Shown here piece after piece: positions 59,757 through 64,000 of a stretch of 64,000 bases of DNA (the stretch's first letter is position 1; the number at the start of each line of letters is the position of its first letter). The notes beneath the pieces were generated by a model that saw only the letters and a list, made by a program, of their open reading frames with translations, had not been told where the DNA came from and did not search any database. The position numbers and the translations under genes were made by a program. The stretch is from the NCBI GenBank assembly GCA_002384685.1, contig DGAZ01000043.1:32462-96461 (forward strand). Reading direction: 5' to 3'. This DNA is from Methylophilales bacterium UBA4017 (lineage in GTDB: Bacteria; Pseudomonadota; Gammaproteobacteria; Burkholderiales; Methylophilaceae).

Positions 59757-60902
59757 ATGTCTAAAAAATTGTATAATCCCTCCATGATCAAAACTTTTCT
59801 GCAACGCATAAATAAGAAATTTTCTCTGCTCCTGGTCTTGCTAATTTCCTTCTTTTTTCTTCCCAGCTGCTCCCATCTTGGCCCTGACTTCATGGAAGGT
59901 AATCGTAATGAATACAACAAAGTCCTGGCAAATACTAACGATGAAGAAGTTTTATTAAACTTGGTAAGGAGGCGCTATGCAGATAGTATTGCTGTGCTTG
60001 AGGTCAATAGCGTTTCAACTTCCTTGGAATGGAAAAAGAGTATAGGATTAGCTGCTAAATTTTTTGATGGTGACCTTAGTGACAACAATCTAGGTTTAAG
60101 TGGTGATGGTTCGTATAGCGAAAAGCCCACCATAACTTACCTCCCTCTTAATGGGTCAGATTACGTCAAAAATGTTTTATCTCCCATTAGCCTTGACACG
60201 ATATTATTGCTTACGAGATCAGGTTGGGCGGCGGATAGAGTTATCAGGTTAACAGTGAATAAAATCAATGGGGTTAATAATGCATCAGAAGCGTCTGGTC
60301 CGACCCCTTCTATGGCACCAAAATACCAAGAATTTCGTTTAGTTTCAGACCAAATAAAAGTGCTCCAGAAAATGGATAGCTTTACCCTAGGGTATCAACT
60401 AGAAGGCGACTCGAGAAGATTAGGTTTCTTAGTTAAGCCCAGCCAAAGAAACACCCCGGAAGTGATGGCATTTCTTGATGCGATCAATGTGAAAACTCCA
60501 AACAATATTATTCCTATCACGTCAGATTATTCGGGTGATGGTGGTGGCAATACAATTGAAATTAATGTCCGCTCATTAGCAGGTATTCAGTTTTTTCTCT
60601 CGCATGGTGTCATGGTGCCTAAAGAAGATATAGATAAGGGTCGAGTCCAAATCACTAAAACATCAACCGGAGAAGTTTTTGACTGGAACAATGTTTTATC
60701 TGACCTTTTTGTTGTTCACTCCAGCAAAGACAAACCTGAAAGCTCTGGAGTATCGGTGCAATATCGTGGTCATTGGTTTTATATCAAAGACAATGATATG
60801 CAGAGCAAATACACGTTAATGCTGTTAAATCAGATCAGTGCTCTGCAATCAGGGACAGTTGAAAAGGCAGGGCCTGTTCTAACTCTGCCAGTTTCACAGT
60901 AA
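59757..60902 (+). CDS. Hypothetical lipoprotein
   Basis: Lipobox LPSC after a hydrophobic stretch; 381-aa open frame; start uncertain. Confidence 0.8.
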   Translation: MSKKLYNPSMIKTFLQRINKKFSLLLVLLISFFFLPSCSHLGPDFMEGNRNEYNKVLANTNDEEVLLNLVRRRYADSIAVLEVNSVSTSLEWKKSIGLAAKFFDGDLSDNNLGLSGDGSYSEKPTITYLPLNGSDYVKNVLSPISLDTILLLTRSGWAADRVIRLTVNKINGVNNASEASGPTPSMAPKYQEFRLVSDQIKVLQKMDSFTLGYQLEGDSRRLGFLVKPSQRNTPEVMAFLDAINVKTPNNIIPITSDYSGDGGGNTIEINVRSLAGIQFFLSHGVMVPKEDIDKGRVQITKTSTGEVFDWNNVLSDLFVVHSSKDKPESSGVSVQYRGHWFYIKDNDMQSKYTLMLLNQISALQSGTVEKAGPVLTLPVSQ

Positions 60903-60950
60903 AATTATTTCATCTTTAGGTCTGGGAAATTAAGTTATAATATCGCTCAC

Positions 60951-61027
60951 GCGCCCGTAGCTCAGCTGGATAGAGTACTTGGCTACGAACCAAGGGGTCA
61001 GGAGTTCGAATCTCTTCGGGCGCGCCA
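60951..61027 (+). tRNA. tRNA-Arg(ACG)
   Basis: CTTGG-CTACGAA-CCAAG arm, GTTCGAA, CCA; TATAAT at 60936-60941. Confidence 0.96.
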
Positions 61028-61040
61028 TTTAAATCTATCT

Positions 61041-61117
61041 GCGCCCGTAGCTCAGCTGGATAGAGTACTTGGCTTCGAACCAAGTGGTCAGGAGTTCGAA
61101 TCTCTTCGGGCGCGCCA
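61041..61117 (+). tRNA. tRNA-Arg(TCG)
   Basis: CTTGG-CTTCGAA-CCAAG arm; 75/77 identical to the upstream tRNA; CCA. Confidence 0.93.
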
Positions 61118-61128
61118 ATTAAATATTA

Positions 61129-62130
61129 TTATTTTAATATGTACTCCACGTACTCGGGGTCAATTTTCCTCATATTTGATACTACCCACCCCGACAATTC
61201 TTTATCGTCTTGAAGTTTGGCGATCTGATGAAGCTCAGTAAGAGCATCCAAATGCCTATTATTTAATGCAAACGATTTTTTAAGACTGGTGATAGCCTTC
61301 GCATAATTATTCATACGGAATTCAGCTAAACCCAAAAAATACCATGCATCAGCATTGTTGCTTTCTGACTCAATCCAGGATTTTGCAACACCTTGTGTTT
61401 TTAACCAGTCTTCTTGCTGCATAGGCATGATCACTTGCATGAAGAATGGTTTTTCTTTGTCAGGTAAACTCCAGAAAGGAGCATCTGTACTAACTAAATC
61501 TAATTGCGGTTTTGTATTAAGCAATTCCAATATCCATTCTGATGGTAGCGCGTAAAAATAGCCCAGTCTTTTTCCTGGGCTCTTGAATGTTGTAATGCCG
61601 ATTAAATTAAAATCTAAATCAAACAACGCACCCCCACTTGAGCCGACGGTAAATGCCGCCGAGGTTCTAATAATATGGTTGTCCTCAAAGGGGTGTAATC
61701 CCTTAATTTTTCCGTAGGATGGAAGTGGTATTGGGCTGTCATTCGGAAAAGTCAGCGCAAAAACCTTGTCTTCATATTGCAAATCCTTGGATGTTCCCAT
61801 CATAACGGCCGGCAACGGTAGATCATCAAACTGTAATATACACAGGTCATGCTTCCAGTCAGCGAATACTGCTATGGGGACGTACTTCTTAAAAGTCTTT
61901 ACTACATTTACCCCTTTGGAATCAGCAAACACATGGCAGTCTGTAGCAACATGGTTCTCCTTTATGACCACACCAGAACCGGTTCCTGTAACCCCGTCAC
62001 CATAGGTTACCCACACATGGACCATGGACTCACTGAGTCCGAATAACTCAGATTGGGCAGGATAGGAATACGATGTTTGGTGGGTAAACACCAGGGCTGT
62101 GAGAGCTAACAATTTAATTAATTTAATCAT
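61129..62130 (-). CDS. Exported trypsin-like serine protease with C-terminal TPR
   Basis: GTGSG, TDCHV (His), HDL (Asp), GSSGG (Ser); AWYFLG...Y..AI..L TPR. Confidence 0.88.
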   Translation of the reverse strand: MIKLIKLLALTALVFTHQTSYSYPAQSELFGLSESMVHVWVTYGDGVTGTGSGVVIKENHVATDCHVFADSKGVNVVKTFKKYVPIAVFADWKHDLCILQFDDLPLPAVMMGTSKDLQYEDKVFALTFPNDSPIPLPSYGKIKGLHPFEDNHIIRTSAAFTVGSSGGALFDLDFNLIGITTFKSPGKRLGYFYALPSEWILELLNTKPQLDLVSTDAPFWSLPDKEKPFFMQVIMPMQQEDWLKTQGVAKSWIESESNNADAWYFLGLAEFRMNNYAKAITSLKKSFALNNRHLDALTELHQIAKLQDDKELSGWVVSNMRKIDPEYVEYILK

Positions 62131-62175
62131 GTTTGTATGATAGCTAAACCTGGACTTAATTCCATTTAAATTAAT

Positions 62176-62193
62176 TAGTTTGCATACTAACTA
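62176..62193. promoter_or_regulatory. Imperfect palindrome; candidate MarR/OhrR operator
   Basis: TAGTTTGCATACTAACTA, 7 of 9 positions complementary. Confidence 0.5.
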
Positions 62194-62271
62194 TATGTGT
62201 GCTAATAATATCGTTGAGCGGTAACCAAATATTGGCTAGCCTTTCATTTCATAACCAAGGAGGAAGTAAAA

Positions 62272-62802
62272 ATGAGTCAAAAATTTATCACGTCTATTGC
62301 GGCTATATTTGTAATAGGATTTTTTTCATTGGTAGCAAAAGCTGACGACCATGAGCCGTCAATATATACCCAACTGGGCGGAACCTACAACATCGCACTA
62401 ACGGTTGATCACTTGGTGGATAAGATATATGTGAACAATGCTTTAAATAAAAACCCTGCGTTAAAAGCTGTGCATGATGCAGCTCATACGAAGGCTGGCT
62501 TTAAAGTCATGCTTACCAATTGGGTGGTAGAGAGAACTGGTGGGCCTAAAATTTATCAGCCTGATGAATTTGGACGCGGTAAAGATATGAAACAGTCACA
62601 CCCTCATCTTAATATTACTGATCGTGAATTTGATATTATTATGATCGAATGTCTTCATACATTCTACGCATTTGATGTGCCTGATCATTTAATCTTACCT
62701 ATTATGGCTGACCTTCAAAGCTTTAGAGGTGACATTGTTACTAAGCCTACTAAAGGATACAAAAGCCCTTACAATAGCCCTTACAATGGTATTGCAAAAT
62801 AA
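62272..62802 (+). CDS. Group 1 truncated hemoglobin with signal peptide
   Basis: IY.QLGG, TGGP..Y, proximal His in SHPHLNIT..EFD; signal ending AKA; AGGAGG RBS. Confidence 0.85.
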   Translation: MSQKFITSIAAIFVIGFFSLVAKADDHEPSIYTQLGGTYNIALTVDHLVDKIYVNNALNKNPALKAVHDAAHTKAGFKVMLTNWVVERTGGPKIYQPDEFGRGKDMKQSHPHLNITDREFDIIMIECLHTFYAFDVPDHLILPIMADLQSFRGDIVTKPTKGYKSPYNSPYNGIAK

Positions 62803-62829
62803 ATTGGTAAGCTAAAATATTTACCAAAA

Positions 62830-62857
62830 AAAAAGGCTATCGCAAGATAGCCTTTTT
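62830..62857. terminator. Bidirectional intrinsic terminator
   Basis: AAAAAGGCTATC-GCAA-GATAGCCTTTTT between convergent genes. Confidence 0.85.
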
Positions 62858-62871
62858 ACTTTCATTGTTGT

Positions 62872-63351
62872 TTAATCACAGCTTACAAAGTTCTTAGCTT
62901 CTTTCAAATCATGTTCAGAAATTTCCAGTGCGGCAGTTAATTCATTTAGTGTCTTTTTTAATGCATTGAATTCTTTGGTGGGTAAATGGGTTTTACATGC
63001 CACCTTGTCTTGAATAGCAGCAACCGGCTCCTCCAGATCAATACCTTTTTTTGTTAGCGTAACATTAATAACCCTCTCATCAGCGCTAGAACGAATTTTA
63101 TTTATTAAGCCCATTTTCTCTAGTTTTTTCAACATAGGTGTGATGGTTGGTAGATCTAGCTTTAACATACTCGCAATATCGGAAGCTTTTTTACAATCCC
63201 CTTCCCACAAAGCTATTAATACCAGGTACTGGGTATAGGTTATGCCTAATTCTTTTAGGTAAAGACGGTAGTATCGGGTGATGGCATTGGTTGCTGAATA
63301 CAGCGAAAAACACAGCTGATTGTCCAATAATAAATTAGGATATTTATTCAT
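62872..63351 (-). CDS. ohrR: OhrR-type MarR family redox regulator
   Basis: LDNQLCFSLY with sensing Cys, TYTQYLV...LWE, TP.LK.LE, DER; additional C-terminal Cys. Confidence 0.88.
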   Translation of the reverse strand: MNKYPNLLLDNQLCFSLYSATNAITRYYRLYLKELGITYTQYLVLIALWEGDCKKASDIASMLKLDLPTITPMLKKLEKMGLINKIRSSADERVINVTLTKKGIDLEEPVAAIQDKVACKTHLPTKEFNALKKTLNELTAALEISEHDLKEAKNFVSCD

Positions 63352-63361
63352 ATTAATTGAA

Positions 63362-63390
63362 ATTATAAGCTAGTTATGTCACATATCCAA
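63362..63390 (-). promoter_or_regulatory. Candidate sigma-70 promoter of ohrR
   Basis: TTGGAT-N17-TATAAT ending 10 nt before the ATG. Confidence 0.5.
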
Positions 63391-63403
63391 TGAACGCTAA
63401 AAA

Positions 63404-63479
63404 TGGTACGGTGTGCGAGGATCGAACTCGCGACCATCGGATTAAAAGTCCGGTGCTCTACCAGCTGAGCTAACACCGC
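63404..63479 (-). tRNA. tRNA-Lys(TTT)
   Basis: GCGGTGT TAGCTCAGCTGGTAGAGC, CGGA-CTTTTAA-TCCG, GTTCGA, ACCA; 76 nt. Confidence 0.93.
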
Positions 63480-63545
63480 ATTCTTTAGCAACTCGAGATT
63501 ATCTAAGAATAGTCGGGCTAGGTCAACCTAAAATACTATAAAAAA

Positions 63546-64000
63546 CTATTGCATACCAGGGAAGCGGCCAGACAACCCTCGCAGTAATTTCCCCATACCA
63601 CCCTTAGCAAACATTTTCATCATCTTTTGCATCTCCTCAAACTGCTTAAGAAGCTTATTAACTTCCTGCACAGTCACCCCAGAGCCCGATGCAATACGTA
63701 TTTTTCTCTTCGCCTTAATTACCTCCGGCTTTTTTCTTTCCAAAAAGGTCATGGAGTTAATAATGGCCTCAATTTGCGCTAGTGACTTATCACCATCTTC
63801 AGGATTCATCTTAGCTGCAGCTGCAGATATTTGCGAAGGCATTTTATCCATCATGGCCCCCATGCCTCCCATCTTTTTCATTTGTCCGATCTGTGCCTTA
63901 AAGTCATCAAGGTCAAAACTCTTTCCCGACTTGACTTTTTGCGCTAACTTTTCTGCCTCTTTTTGGTCCACATGTTTTTGTGCATCCTCAACCAAACCAA
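63546..64000 (-). CDS. ffh: Signal recognition particle protein, C-terminal M domain (5' end outside window)
   Basis: FDLDDF..Q..QMKKMGG, AIINSMT..ER, RIASGSG, Met-rich tail. Confidence 0.96.
   Translation of the reverse strand, partial: GLVEDAQKHVDQKEAEKLAQKVKSGKSFDLDDFKAQIGQMKKMGGMGAMMDKMPSQISAAAAKMNPEDGDKSLAQIEAIINSMTFLERKKPEVIKAKRKIRIASGSGVTVQEVNKLLKQFEEMQKMMKMFAKGGMGKLLRGLSGRFPGMQ

Noticed and set aside
60951-61117. Direct repeat as CRISPR or prophage att pair
   Set aside because: Both units are complete tRNA genes separated by 13 nt.

Overview
AT-rich, very densely packed betaproteobacterial chromosome segment. Gene order and protein content suggest a streamlined Methylophilaceae (OM43 clade / Methylopumilus-like); this is an inference, and no methylotrophy gene lies in the window. 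Bases 1-55.3 kb are mostly housekeeping: ftsX'-rpoH (perfect CIRCE), ubiE-J-B, mutM, a GldA/F/G-like ABC cassette, TPR-lolB-ispE-tRNA-Gln-prs-rplY-pth-ychF-tRNA-Met, an OmpR/EnvZ-type pair, cysG, miaB-phoH-ybeY-corC-lnt, glyQS-gmhB-plsC, ilvE, murI, pcnB-folK-panBCD, rsfS-rlmH-photolyase, mlaA, pmbA, mog-thiL-pgpA-pncC-recA-recX-alaS-lysC-tRNA-Ser. Bases 55.3-63.5 kb are an accessory stretch between tRNA genes, followed by the 3' end of ffh. No integrase, transposase, prophage or CRISPR array was seen. Best leads: (1) a secreted two-EF-hand protein with a lanmodulin-like loop (DPDNDNTLDVYE), divergent from the two-component pair across 11-bp-phased repeats; (2) a tRNA-Arg(TCG) that is a 75/77-identical tandem copy of tRNA-Arg(ACG); (3) a signal-peptide truncated globin beside OhrR with a MarR-type operator; (4) a PanB lacking its catalytic glutamate; (5) three membrane microproteins behind a near-consensus promoter, two of them absent from the ORF track.
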